Shown: in pieces, positions 1 to 9,013 of the stretch
Layout: every line of letters starts with the position of its first letter
How positions within the stretch are numbered: position 1 is the stretch's first letter
IMG/VR virus record: IMGVR_UViG_3300001844_000164
Location: 1 to 54,565 of that record
Strand: one strand, 5' to 3'
Source: a virus
Taxonomy: Duplodnaviria > Caudoviricetes
Length of the DNA: 54,565 bases
Notes under the pieces: model-generated
What the model was told of the DNA's origin: nothing
Seen by the model: only the letters and a program-made list of their open reading frames with translations
The model's database searches: none
Made by a program: the position numbers and the translations under genes

Positions 1-135
1 CCCCCGACCAACCCACCCCTACCCACCCCCTGGCCGGGGTGCCCCCGGCCCCCCGGAAGCCGGGCCGCCGGCTGCTGGCGCTCTCTGGCCACAGAGCGCG
101 GTGCGTTTTTTCGTTTTCGCTACTCCGTTTCCCGG

Positions 136-171
136 CACCCCCTTGTCCGGCATCCGGAAATCCGGTACACC
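136..171 (+). promoter_or_regulatory. Putative late promoter CACCCCC-TTGTCC-N17-TACACC
   Basis: One of six copies of CCCTTGnnn-N17-TAnnnn; ATG lies 5 nt after the -10 hexamer. Confidence 0.6.
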
Positions 172-176
172 AGGTC

Positions 177-404
177 ATGCCTCTCCTCTCCCGCGAAATT
201 TCCCCCGAGTCCGATTGCTGCCAGCCCGCGATGACGCACGTCCAGCGCGGAGCCCAGGCCGACTGCACCGAGTCTTCCTGCCGCCCGACCTCGTCGGCGC
301 CCGCGTGGAACTCGCAGCATGCGACCGCCCGCTCCGCCGGCCAGGCCGGCTCGAAGATGAGCGCCTCCGTGTTCGTCACCCGCGGCCGCCAGGCTTCGGA
401 CTGA
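177..404 (+). CDS. Hypothetical protein (75 aa)
   Basis: ATG177 directly behind the conserved promoter motif; no recognisable domain. Confidence 0.45.
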   Translation: MPLLSREISPESDCCQPAMTHVQRGAQADCTESSCRPTSSAPAWNSQHATARSAGQAGSKMSASVFVTRGRQASD

Positions 405-493
405 CACTTGCCCGCCGGGGGTTGCCGCGGCCAGGCCAGAGGCGACCTTCCACGACCTCGACGAGCTACCGCGCCCCGGCGGGCTCGACTCGG

Positions 494-529
494 CACCCCC
501 TTGTGCGGTATGGCGCGCCGTGATACATC
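494..529 (+). promoter_or_regulatory. Putative late promoter CACCCCC-TTGTGC-N17-TACATC
   Basis: Same motif; GTG start 6 nt downstream (leaderless geometry). Confidence 0.65.
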
Positions 530-535
530 GAGGGC

Positions 536-895
536 GTGCAATCCTTCGTTATCAAGGCGAACGACTCGAAGCCTGACCTGGTGGCTACGCTCGAGGACGC
601 TTCCGGCGCGGTCGACCTGACCGGCGCGACGGTGCAGTTTCGCCTGGCGTCGACGACTGCGGTGACGTCGGACTGCGGCGACACCCAGTACAAAAAGAAC
701 GCGGTGCTGTGGACCAAGTCCGGCCTGGTGACGAACGCCACGCAGGGCGCGGTCAAGTTTGTCTGGAGCGCCGCGGACACCGCGACGCCTGGTTTCTATC
801 TCGGCGAATTCGTCGCGACGTTCACCGGCGGCGCGAAGCAATCCTTTCCGACCTCGGGGTACATCCCGGTCATCATCAACGAATCTCTCTCGTAA
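536..895 (+). CDS. BppU-N-like fibre attachment protein
   Basis: IKxNDSxPxL...VDLTGATVQF...GAVKFVW...DTATPGxYxGEF...SFP pattern typical of BppU N-terminal-like domains. Confidence 0.7.
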   Translation: MQSFVIKANDSKPDLVATLEDASGAVDLTGATVQFRLASTTAVTSDCGDTQYKKNAVLWTKSGLVTNATQGAVKFVWSAADTATPGFYLGEFVATFTGGAKQSFPTSGYIPVIINESLS

Positions 896-901
896 CCAAC
901 C

Positions 902-1297
902 ATGCCTAAATCCACCTACCTCGCCAACAAGCTGCTCGACCTCCCGGTCGGCGCTGTCGCCTTCACCGCCCCCGCGACGCTTTACTTCGCGCTCTACACC
1001 TCCGCGCCTGGCGTGGGTGGCGGTGGAACGGAAGTCACGGGCGGCAGCTACGCCCGCGCTTCGCTCACCAACAACACGACGAACTTCCCGGCCGCCTCTT
1101 CTGGCTCCAAGTCGAACGCCACGGCCATCACTTGGACGACGGCGAGCGCGTCCTGGGGCGTCGTGACGGCGGTGGGTGTGTTCGATGCCGCCAGCGCCGG
1201 CAACCTGCTCTACTTCGCCACGATCTCCTCGAAGACGGTCGACGCGAACGACACCGTCTCGATCCCGGTCTCGAACTTCACGCTGACCGAGAGCTGA
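902..1297 (+). CDS. Small beta-rich virion/fibre-associated protein (ALYTSA...EVxGGSY family)
   Basis: STYLANKLLD...LYFALYTSAP...EVTGGSYAR...WGVVTAVGVFDAASAGNLLY, a widespread phage structural family. Confidence 0.8.
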   Translation: MPKSTYLANKLLDLPVGAVAFTAPATLYFALYTSAPGVGGGGTEVTGGSYARASLTNNTTNFPAASSGSKSNATAITWTTASASWGVVTAVGVFDAASAGNLLYFATISSKTVDANDTVSIPVSNFTLTES

Positions 1298-1311
1298 TCG
1301 CCTGACCTGCG

Positions 1312-4300
1312 GTGCAAGCCGACGTTTCCAATACGTCGGGCGCCGTCAGGCTGGCCCCGCCAGACTCGGGCCAGGCGATCACCGCCCCTTCCGCGTCGAC
1401 GACTCACGTCGCCGGCGCGGAGGCAGCGGCACTCTCCTCTCCCGCGCCCGCGAGGGCGTCGACAGTCGCCGGCGGATCGTCGGTCGAGGTCGGCTCCCTC
1501 CAGGTCACCGCCAGCGCGCCAGCGCGCCCGGCGACCTCGTTGTTTGCTGACCTGGCTGCCAGGATCGCCGGCACGGTCCGCAACGCAAGCGAGGCGTTCA
1601 TCGATTTCGCGCACGCCGCCGCCCGGGCTCTGCTCACGATCGGAGCCAAGACGGTAGGGGTTGCCGTGGTTGCCGTGACGACCGTGGCGGCGGTGTTGCG
1701 CGTCCCCCGTCTGCTCGGGCCCTCGTCATCCGGTTCGTCCGTCGTCTCGTTCCTGCTGCGGCGGACGGCCCTGCTCCTGGCATCCGTTGCCGGAGGCACG
1801 ACCCTCGCCGCGGGCGTGGCCTTCCGGCACTCGGTGACCGGGTCTTCGGCCGGGAGCACCGGGGTCTCGGTCAACCTGGTTTCCTCGGTCCCGGTCTCTC
1901 CGTCCGTCTCCGGCGGGTCCACCCCCGTCTTCCGGGCGTTCTCCTCCGTACCGCTCGCGGCCGCTCCGTCCGGTTCGTCGTCCATCGCGGTGTCGTCCGT
2001 ATCATCTGGCCGGATACAGGCGGCCCAGGTGGGGTCGACGAACGTGTCGATCGGGGCGTTCGCCCAGTTGACGTCCCAGTTCTCGAGCGACGGGCTCACC
2101 GGGGTTTCGATCTCCGCGGTGAAGGATGCGATCAATGGGGTCGCGATGACCGGGTCGTCCCTGGTCGGTGTCGAGCTTGCGTCGTTCTGCCGATCGACTG
2201 CGTACTCGGTCGGGTCTTCCTCGGTCTCCGCTGCGCCCGAGGTGGCGATGCTGCTCCCGTCCGGCTATCTGGAGATCTTCGGATACGGTCTGCTCGAGAC
2301 GTCGGATAGCCAGTTCCTGGTCCAGTCGAACGACCTGCTGTTTGATGGCAGCACGTCGGTTTCCGCGTCGGTGGCTGGGTCCGTTCGCCTGGCGTTCGAT
2401 TCGTCCGGCGCCACGTCCGTTTACATCCGCGATCGGTTCTCGGTTTCGGCAAGCGGATCAACGGGTGTTGCGGCTTCGCTTGCAGCGTCGGCGCCGCTTT
2501 CCGCTTCCGCTTCCGGTCAAGCCGGCGTCGCCACGGCCGCTTTTGTGGTCAGGCCGCTGTCCGGGTTCGAGGGATTGCTGTCCTCCGACGGAGAGCTGCT
2601 GGTCGACTCCGGAGGCGCGCAGCTCATCGCCAGGTCTCATCGCGTCGGGGTTGATGGGTCCGCTGCCGCGTCGGTTTCCGTCGCAACGTCTGCGGCGGTC
2701 AGCGTCCCGTTGTCCGGGACCACGGGCGTCCTGGTCGGGCTCAACGAGTCGGTTCCGATTCAGGCCACGGTCTCCGGCGCGTGCGCGGCATCGATTCAGA
2801 CCGCGGCGGCGTGCTCGTCCGCGTCGTCCGTTTCCGGGGCCACATCAGTCTCGTCGGCCCTCTTCAGGTCTCGTCCAGTTGCCTGGTCCTCTTCCGGTTC
2901 AACGTCCGCAGCGTTTATTCCGGCGTCGGCAGTTATCGTTGGCTTTAATTCTTCGGGGTCTAATTCAATCTCGATCGGCTTTGCCGGTGATGTGATCGCG
3001 CCGGCCTTTTCCGGGACCACGTCAGTTTCCGCGTCGGTCTTCTCGAGCGTTCCCGTTTCGTTTGTTTCGATTGGGTCGACCGCGGCATCCGCCGTTTCGG
3101 CCCGCGTCGTTCTGCTCGATGCGCTTGGCGACCTGGTGACCGACGCCGGGGAGGCGATTGTTGACCAATTTGGCAACCCTCTCGGCGTCCCCGGCAGCGT
3201 CGGGACCGCCGGATCTTCCTCGGTGTCAGTCTCGAGGGTTGACGCATCCGTCCGCCTTCTGGCGTCGGCGTCCGGCTCATGCTCGACCTCTGCATCGATC
3301 GTGGACAGCCGGCTTGCATCGGCATCGACGGCCGGGGCGACGTTCGTCTCGGCGCAAACGAGCCGCTTCCGGCGCACTCCCGTTTCTTCGGCCGGGGCGA
3401 CGTCAGTCTCGGCGGCTACCGTTGCTGACGTGCGGCCGGCGGCATCGGCGACAGGGGCTGCATCAATCTCCACGTCGCTGTTTGCGACGGTCCCGCTGTC
3501 GGCTTCAGCCTCCGGGTCTTCGTCGCCGGCGTTCTCGCTCACCGGCGGCAGTTCGTCGTCTGTCGCCGTCGCCGGGTCCTCCCTGGCATCGTTCTCCCTG
3601 GCGTCCTCCGCGCCCATCTCGGCGTCTGTCTCTGGCGCCACGTCCGTCGTTCCGTCGGTGCCGACGTCGTCTGTCATCCTGTCCGGGTTTCTGGACGCAT
3701 CCCCCGGCGGTCTCCTGGTCGGGTCTGATGGCGGATACCTGGTGGGCGACGGAATGGTGCTCGAGGGGGCGACGGCGGTTGCCGCGGATACGCAGTCCCA
3801 GACTCGCGCCCAGGTCACCGTGTCTGGGGTAACGTCAACCACGGTTTCCGTTGCGGCGCTGGCGCCCGTCGCAATGGCAACTTCCGGTTCCACGTCGGCC
3901 GCCGGATCTCTGTTCACGTCGGCGCTCCTTCAGGCGGCATCGGCCGGGTCAAGCTCGGTTGCCGGCGACACGTCCTCGTCAGCCCGGGCGTCCGTTTCCT
4001 CGGCCGGCAGCACCTCGGTTGCGGTCACTACCGCTGGCGCCGGGACCAATTCGGTTGCCCTGGTTGGCTCCACCTCGGTCGCTGCGGCCCCCGGAGTGGC
4101 CTCCCGCCGCGGTTTCTCGTCCTCCGGGTCGACATCGCCGGCGGCCACGGTCTTTTCCAACGTCCCCCTGGCTTTCAGCTCGTCCGGGTCGACGTCAATA
4201 GCTGCTGCGGCTCCCCAGGTTGAGTATCTGTTTGACGGATACCTGCTGACAAGCGCCGGGGATTACCTGGCGACCTCGTCCGGCGATCTCCTGGTCGGCT

Positions 4301-7300
4301 CCGGGCAGGTTTTCGACGGGAAAACGGTCCTGGATTGCACCCTGTCGTCGGTTTGCGCGGCGCCTACGTCGATTTCAGGCTCCTGCGCGGTGTCGACAAC
4401 GACCGCGGTGCTGGTCCCGGTGGCGGTAGCGGCGTCAGGGGCAACGGGATCGTCGATTTCAGTCTTCGCGTCGGTCCGGGCGTCGTTTTCGGCGACTCTG
4501 ACCACGACTCTGGCCGCGACTCTGGCCTCTCATCGCCGCGTTTCGGCCTCCGTCGCGGGTTCGTCGTCCGTTTCTGCGGTAGCCTACGGGTCAGTTCCCA
4601 GCTCCGCGGCAGTTTTTGGATCTTCCGTCGTTTCCGCAGTCGTTTCAGGGTCAGTTCCAGCCTCCGCGTCTTTGTCCGGGTCCACTTCGGCCTCGGCTGC
4701 GACGCAAATTGCGACCGTTCTTTCCGTCTCGAGCTCCGGTTCGTCATCGGTGGCTTCGACGACGTCTGCGAGCGCCCCGGTGATCTTCTCATCGGCTGGC
4801 TCGTCGGCGGTTACCCTGGCCCCGCAGGGAAGCAACCTCATGTCCGCCTCATCCGCGGGGTCCACGACAGTTTCTGGCGCCCTGGTCGGATCTGTTCCGG
4901 AATTCGGCACCTCCGCAGGGTCCACGTCGGTGTCGGTGACGACTACGGCGGCGGCATTCGTCGCAGCGTCGTCGTCCGGGTCGACCTCGGCCAGCATCAG
5001 CACCGCGTCAGCGGTTCCGGTTACGGCTTCCTCTTCTGGCTCTTCGACAGTCGCCGCAACGGTCAACGCCGCCGGCGTCAATTCCTGGAACTCCTCGGGC
5101 TCAACGTCGGTTTCGGCGTCCATCGCTGCGGCGGCGCGAACGGCGTTCGCTTCTTCTGGCTCAACCTCCGCCGTCGTCACCGGCTCCGCGGCCGGCGTAT
5201 TGTCTGGCACCGCGTCAGGCGCCACGACGGTCGCCGGCGCTGTTTTCGCGTCAGTTCCCGCGCCCACCGCTTCGTCTGGATCAACGTCTGCCACGGCGAG
5301 CATCGCGGCCGACGCCAGGGCTTCCGCCGCGGTCTCCGGGTCGACGTCTCCCGCGTTTTCTGTCGCGTCCTCGGTCCCGGTCCAGACGGCCGCATCGGGC
5401 GCTACGTCGGTCGCAATCACCGCGCCGTCGGCAGTCACGTTGCAGGACGGATTCTTCACCACGTCTGACGGCCACCTTCTTCTCGCTTCCGACGGTTCAT
5501 ACCTGGTTGGTGCGGGCCAGGTCTTCGACGGAGCGACTGCGGTGGTTGCGGACACGCGGGTGACTTCGTCCGTGTCTGTGGCGTCGTCCGGTTCGACTTC
5601 TCTGGCGGTTAGCGCGATCGCCACGACCCCGGTTGCGGCGGCATCCTCCGGCGCCACGTCCATCTTTGTGACGCCGATCGCCAGCGTTTCAGCCTCTGCT
5701 TCGGTGACCGGGAATTCCGCGCCAGCGTTTTCTGTTTTCGATTCCAGGCGTGCTTCCGTTTCTGCGTCTGGCTCCACTTCGGTCTCTTCTGCGATTGTTT
5801 CGGCGGTTCCGATTTCGGTGTCTCTTTCTGGTTCCTCGGCCGTCTCGGCGACTAGCGTTGCCTCGGTCAGGTCTTCGTTTTCATCGTCCGGAGCCACGGC
5901 GGCGTCTGCGTCAACCGCCATCTCGGCGAGCATTCAGGCGAGTGCATCCGGGTCCACTTCGGTCGCCGGCTCTACGGTTTCCGACGTTCGTTCGCTGTTC
6001 TCTTCGTCTGGCTCAACGCAGATTTCTTTTCCGCTCCTCGGCTCCGTTCCTTTGGCCGGAACGTCGGTCGGATCAACGTCAGTCGCCGGAATCCTGGTCG
6101 GCGCCGTCCCGGAAAACTCCGTCTCATCCTCCGGGTCGTCTGCGGTCACGTTCAACGTCGTCGGAGCAGTTAGGCCGCCCCTGGCCCTGTCCGGCGCAAC
6201 CGCGGCATCAGCCACGACCGCCATTGCTGCGGCCGTTTCGGCATCCTCTTCCGGATCGACGTCAATACTGGCTGCTTTTTCTGGTACAGTACCTGTTGCT
6301 GCGACTTCTGTCGGATCGTCGGCTCTTTCGTTTACGACTGCCATTGCCGCCAGGATTTCAGCAGCATCGTCCGGCTCCGCGTCGGTTGCGGTTGGGACGG
6401 TTAGCGCGTCGACAACTTCGTCCGGGTCGACTTCCGGGTCGACCAGCGTCACGGGAAATGTCGCCGCTTCTGTACCCATCACGGCTTCCTCGGCAGGGAA
6501 CTCAACCGCATCGGTTTCTACGGCTGCCTCGGCCACTATCCAGGCAAGCTCGGCTGGGTCCTCCGCGGTAGTGTCCAACGCGGTCGGAGCCGTTCGCGTC
6601 ACGTTTGGTTCCACCGGAGCCTCCTCTGTTTCCGCTTTGCTGCCCGGTTTCGACGGGCTCCTGGACGGATTCCTTCTCACTTCTGACGGTCACCTGCTTC
6701 TTGCCTCCGACGGTTCCTACCTGGTTGGCGCGGGTCAGGTTTTCGACGGGTCTACGTCGCTTCTCGTCGACACGCGGATCTCTTCATCCGTCCCCGCGGC
6801 GTCATCTGGTTCAACATCGGTCGCCGCGAACGCGATCGCGAGCACTCCGGCAATGGCGGCGTCCTCCGGCGCCACGTCAGTCTCTGCCACGGCGATCGCC
6901 ACCGTGCGTGCGGTGGCATCCGTCTCCGGCGCTTCCACTCCGACCTTTTCCGTCGCCGACGCCAGGCGGGCGGTCGTCACCATCTCCGGGACCTCGTCAA
7001 TTTCAGCCTCGGTCTTTTCGACGGCCCCTGTCGCGGCGTCTGTTGCGGGTTCCTCCTCGGTCAATGCGACGGCGATCGCTTCAGTCAGGTCCTCGCTATC
7101 CTTGTCCGGGTCCACGGCGCTTTCGGCGACGACTGCGGTCTCGGCAACCGCGTCGGCGTCTTCGTCCGGATCGACGTCGGTTTCTGGAACTACCGTGGCG
7201 GCAGTTCCTGTTTCCGCGTCGTCGTCCGGTGCGACGCAAGTCATATCTGCACCTGCCGGAGCCGTGTACCTGGTGGGCGCTTTGTCCGGGTCCACCGCCG

Positions 7301-8553
7301 TGTCCGGCATCCTGGTCGGTTCTGTCCCCACCACCTCGGTCTTGTCCGCCGGCGCGACTTCGGTCGCGTTCAACACGATCGCGGACGTCCGTCCGTCGTT
7401 CGCGTCGTCTGGCGCCACCACCATGTCGTCGACGACAGCCATCGCCGCCGCCACCGCCGCGAGCTCCGCCGGATCGACGACCGTTTCCGCTGCGTTCTAC
7501 GGCAGCGTCTTCTTGTCGTTCACTTCCTCTGGGTCGACGACCGCCTCTAGTACTGTCGTCGCCGCGGCGCGCACTTCCTACACCTCCTCCGGAGCCACTT
7601 CGCTCTCCGTCGGTGCAGTCAACGCCACCACCACTTCCTCCGGATCAACTTCCGGGTCCACGACGGTCTCCGGAGCTATCTCCGCAGCAGTTCCTGGCGC
7701 CGCATCCATCTCCGGCTCCACCGCGGTTTCCGCGGCGACTGCGGTTTCGGCCCTGGTTCTCGCCAGCTCGTCCGGCGCAACGGTGCCGGCCGCAAACCTG
7801 TCAGGCACCGTCCGGGTCACTTTCAGCTCCGCCGGTGCCACGTCTGTCTCTGTGGCCGCACCGTCGTCCGTTCCTCTCCAGGATGGGTATCTGGTAACCT
7901 CCGACGGTCACTTGCTGCTCGGTTCCGACGGAACCTACCTGGCCGGCTCCGGCCACGTTTTCGACGGCGCCACGTCCGTCTCGGCCGGCACGACGATCGC
8001 GGCGACGATCCCCGCCTCGTCGTCGGGCTCAACCTCTGTTTCGGCTTCGGCGGTCGCGTCTGTTTCGTCCTCTGCGACCTCCGCCGGTTCCACGTCCGTC
8101 GCCGCCTCCCTGGCGCCGCAGGTCCGCGTCACTTTCACCTCCGCCGGTTCTACGTCCAGCGCGGTCACCGCGGTGGCGGCCGCGCCCCTTTCTGCGACCT
8201 CCGCCGGTTCCACGTCCGTCGCCGCCTCCCTGGCGCCGCAGGTCCCCGTCACCTTCAGCTCCGCCGGCTCCACTTCCAACGCGGCCACGGTGGCGGCTGC
8301 GGTTCCGTCCTCTGCGACCTCCGCCGGCTCCACGTCCGTCGCCGCCTCCCTGGCGCCGCAGGTCCGCGTCACTTTCAGCTCCGCCGGAGCCACTTCCAAC
8401 ACCGCGGCGACGGTCGTCGCGGCGGCCGTTCCCGTGTCTATCTCCGGGTCCAACAGCATCTCCGTCGCCTTTGGCGCCGACCCCAAGTCCCTCCTGCTGG
8501 ACAATGGCGATTACTTCGTCACGTCCGCCGGGTCCACCCTTGTCACGTCCTAG
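1312..8553 (+). CDS. Giant Ser/Ala/Thr/Val/Gly-rich repeat protein (2413 aa), putative virion filament/scaffold
   Basis: 7.2-kb uninterrupted ORF; ~20-aa period SxGSTSVSA; very few charged residues; sits among fibre genes; start codon uncertain. Confidence 0.8.
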   Translation: MQADVSNTSGAVRLAPPDSGQAITAPSASTTHVAGAEAAALSSPAPARASTVAGGSSVEVGSLQVTASAPARPATSLFADLAARIAGTVRNASEAFIDFAHAAARALLTIGAKTVGVAVVAVTTVAAVLRVPRLLGPSSSGSSVVSFLLRRTALLLASVAGGTTLAAGVAFRHSVTGSSAGSTGVSVNLVSSVPVSPSVSGGSTPVFRAFSSVPLAAAPSGSSSIAVSSVSSGRIQAAQVGSTNVSIGAFAQLTSQFSSDGLTGVSISAVKDAINGVAMTGSSLVGVELASFCRSTAYSVGSSSVSAAPEVAMLLPSGYLEIFGYGLLETSDSQFLVQSNDLLFDGSTSVSASVAGSVRLAFDSSGATSVYIRDRFSVSASGSTGVAASLAASAPLSASASGQAGVATAAFVVRPLSGFEGLLSSDGELLVDSGGAQLIARSHRVGVDGSAAASVSVATSAAVSVPLSGTTGVLVGLNESVPIQATVSGACAASIQTAAACSSASSVSGATSVSSALFRSRPVAWSSSGSTSAAFIPASAVIVGFNSSGSNSISIGFAGDVIAPAFSGTTSVSASVFSSVPVSFVSIGSTAASAVSARVVLLDALGDLVTDAGEAIVDQFGNPLGVPGSVGTAGSSSVSVSRVDASVRLLASASGSCSTSASIVDSRLASASTAGATFVSAQTSRFRRTPVSSAGATSVSAATVADVRPAASATGAASISTSLFATVPLSASASGSSSPAFSLTGGSSSSVAVAGSSLASFSLASSAPISASVSGATSVVPSVPTSSVILSGFLDASPGGLLVGSDGGYLVGDGMVLEGATAVAADTQSQTRAQVTVSGVTSTTVSVAALAPVAMATSGSTSAAGSLFTSALLQAASAGSSSVAGDTSSSARASVSSAGSTSVAVTTAGAGTNSVALVGSTSVAAAPGVASRRGFSSSGSTSPAATVFSNVPLAFSSSGSTSIAAAAPQVEYLFDGYLLTSAGDYLATSSGDLLVGSGQVFDGKTVLDCTLSSVCAAPTSISGSCAVSTTTAVLVPVAVAASGATGSSISVFASVRASFSATLTTTLAATLASHRRVSASVAGSSSVSAVAYGSVPSSAAVFGSSVVSAVVSGSVPASASLSGSTSASAATQIATVLSVSSSGSSSVASTTSASAPVIFSSAGSSAVTLAPQGSNLMSASSAGSTTVSGALVGSVPEFGTSAGSTSVSVTTTAAAFVAASSSGSTSASISTASAVPVTASSSGSSTVAATVNAAGVNSWNSSGSTSVSASIAAAARTAFASSGSTSAVVTGSAAGVLSGTASGATTVAGAVFASVPAPTASSGSTSATASIAADARASAAVSGSTSPAFSVASSVPVQTAASGATSVAITAPSAVTLQDGFFTTSDGHLLLASDGSYLVGAGQVFDGATAVVADTRVTSSVSVASSGSTSLAVSAIATTPVAAASSGATSIFVTPIASVSASASVTGNSAPAFSVFDSRRASVSASGSTSVSSAIVSAVPISVSLSGSSAVSATSVASVRSSFSSSGATAASASTAISASIQASASGSTSVAGSTVSDVRSLFSSSGSTQISFPLLGSVPLAGTSVGSTSVAGILVGAVPENSVSSSGSSAVTFNVVGAVRPPLALSGATAASATTAIAAAVSASSSGSTSILAAFSGTVPVAATSVGSSALSFTTAIAARISAASSGSASVAVGTVSASTTSSGSTSGSTSVTGNVAASVPITASSAGNSTASVSTAASATIQASSAGSSAVVSNAVGAVRVTFGSTGASSVSALLPGFDGLLDGFLLTSDGHLLLASDGSYLVGAGQVFDGSTSLLVDTRISSSVPAASSGSTSVAANAIASTPAMAASSGATSVSATAIATVRAVASVSGASTPTFSVADARRAVVTISGTSSISASVFSTAPVAASVAGSSSVNATAIASVRSSLSLSGSTALSATTAVSATASASSSGSTSVSGTTVAAVPVSASSSGATQVISAPAGAVYLVGALSGSTAVSGILVGSVPTTSVLSAGATSVAFNTIADVRPSFASSGATTMSSTTAIAAATAASSAGSTTVSAAFYGSVFLSFTSSGSTTASSTVVAAARTSYTSSGATSLSVGAVNATTTSSGSTSGSTTVSGAISAAVPGAASISGSTAVSAATAVSALVLASSSGATVPAANLSGTVRVTFSSAGATSVSVAAPSSVPLQDGYLVTSDGHLLLGSDGTYLAGSGHVFDGATSVSAGTTIAATIPASSSGSTSVSASAVASVSSSATSAGSTSVAASLAPQVRVTFTSAGSTSSAVTAVAAAPLSATSAGSTSVAASLAPQVPVTFSSAGSTSNAATVAAAVPSSATSAGSTSVAASLAPQVRVTFSSAGATSNTAATVVAAAVPVSISGSNSISVAFGADPKSLLLDNGDYFVTSAGSTLVTS
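8071..8430 (+). repeat. 120-bp tandem repeat x3 (40 aa) in the giant ORF
   Basis: tctgcgacctccgccggYtccacgtccgtcgccgcctccctggcgccgcaggtc starts at 8071, 8191 and 8311. Confidence 0.9.
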
Positions 8554-8574
8554 AGAATTCAATACGCTCCTGTC

Positions 8575-9012
8575 ATGGCCACCAGAATCAAAGACATTGC
8601 CAGCACGGTCAGCACGCCGACGACCGACGACTACATCGCTCTCGACGGGTCAACGAGCGGCACGCGCAAGATGATCCTTTCGGACCTGCGCGACACGAAG
8701 GGCAATGTGCGGGCGATTCCGCAGAATTCCCAGACCTCTGCCTACAGCCTTGCCGCGGCGGATGCCGGCAAGCACATCTCAATCACGACCGGAGGCGTCA
8801 CGGTTCCGAGCGGCGTGTTCTCCGCGGGCGACGCGGTGACCATCTTCAACAACTCCGGCTCGAATCAGACGATCACGCAGGGCGCCAGCGTGACGATGCG
8901 TCAGGCCGGCACCGCCAACACCGGCAACCGCACACTCGCGCAGTACGGTCTCTGCACCGTTCTCTGCGTTGCCTCGAACACCTTCGTCATCACCGGCAGC
9001 GGGTTGAGCTGA
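8575..9012 (+). CDS. Short fibre/adaptor protein
   Basis: N-terminal RIKDI...DDYIALDG...TRKMILSDL resembles the K/R-I-S/K-D/E-L fibre N-terminus; C-terminal YSLAAADAGK...ITQGASVT...LAQYG beta domain common in phage fibre proteins. Confidence 0.7.
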   Translation: MATRIKDIASTVSTPTTDDYIALDGSTSGTRKMILSDLRDTKGNVRAIPQNSQTSAYSLAAADAGKHISITTGGVTVPSGVFSAGDAVTIFNNSGSNQTITQGASVTMRQAGTANTGNRTLAQYGLCTVLCVASNTFVITGSGLS

Positions 9013-9013
9013 C

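Noticed and set aside
1312-8553. Tail tape-measure protein or ice-nucleation protein
   Set aside because: Beta-type Ser/Val periodicity rather than helical, no tail-tube genes, and no AGYGSTxTA 16-mer consensus
1404-8562. Many long minus-strand and alternate-frame ORFs over the giant gene
   Set aside because: Shadow ORFs caused by high GC and Ser/Ala codon repeats; no independent signals
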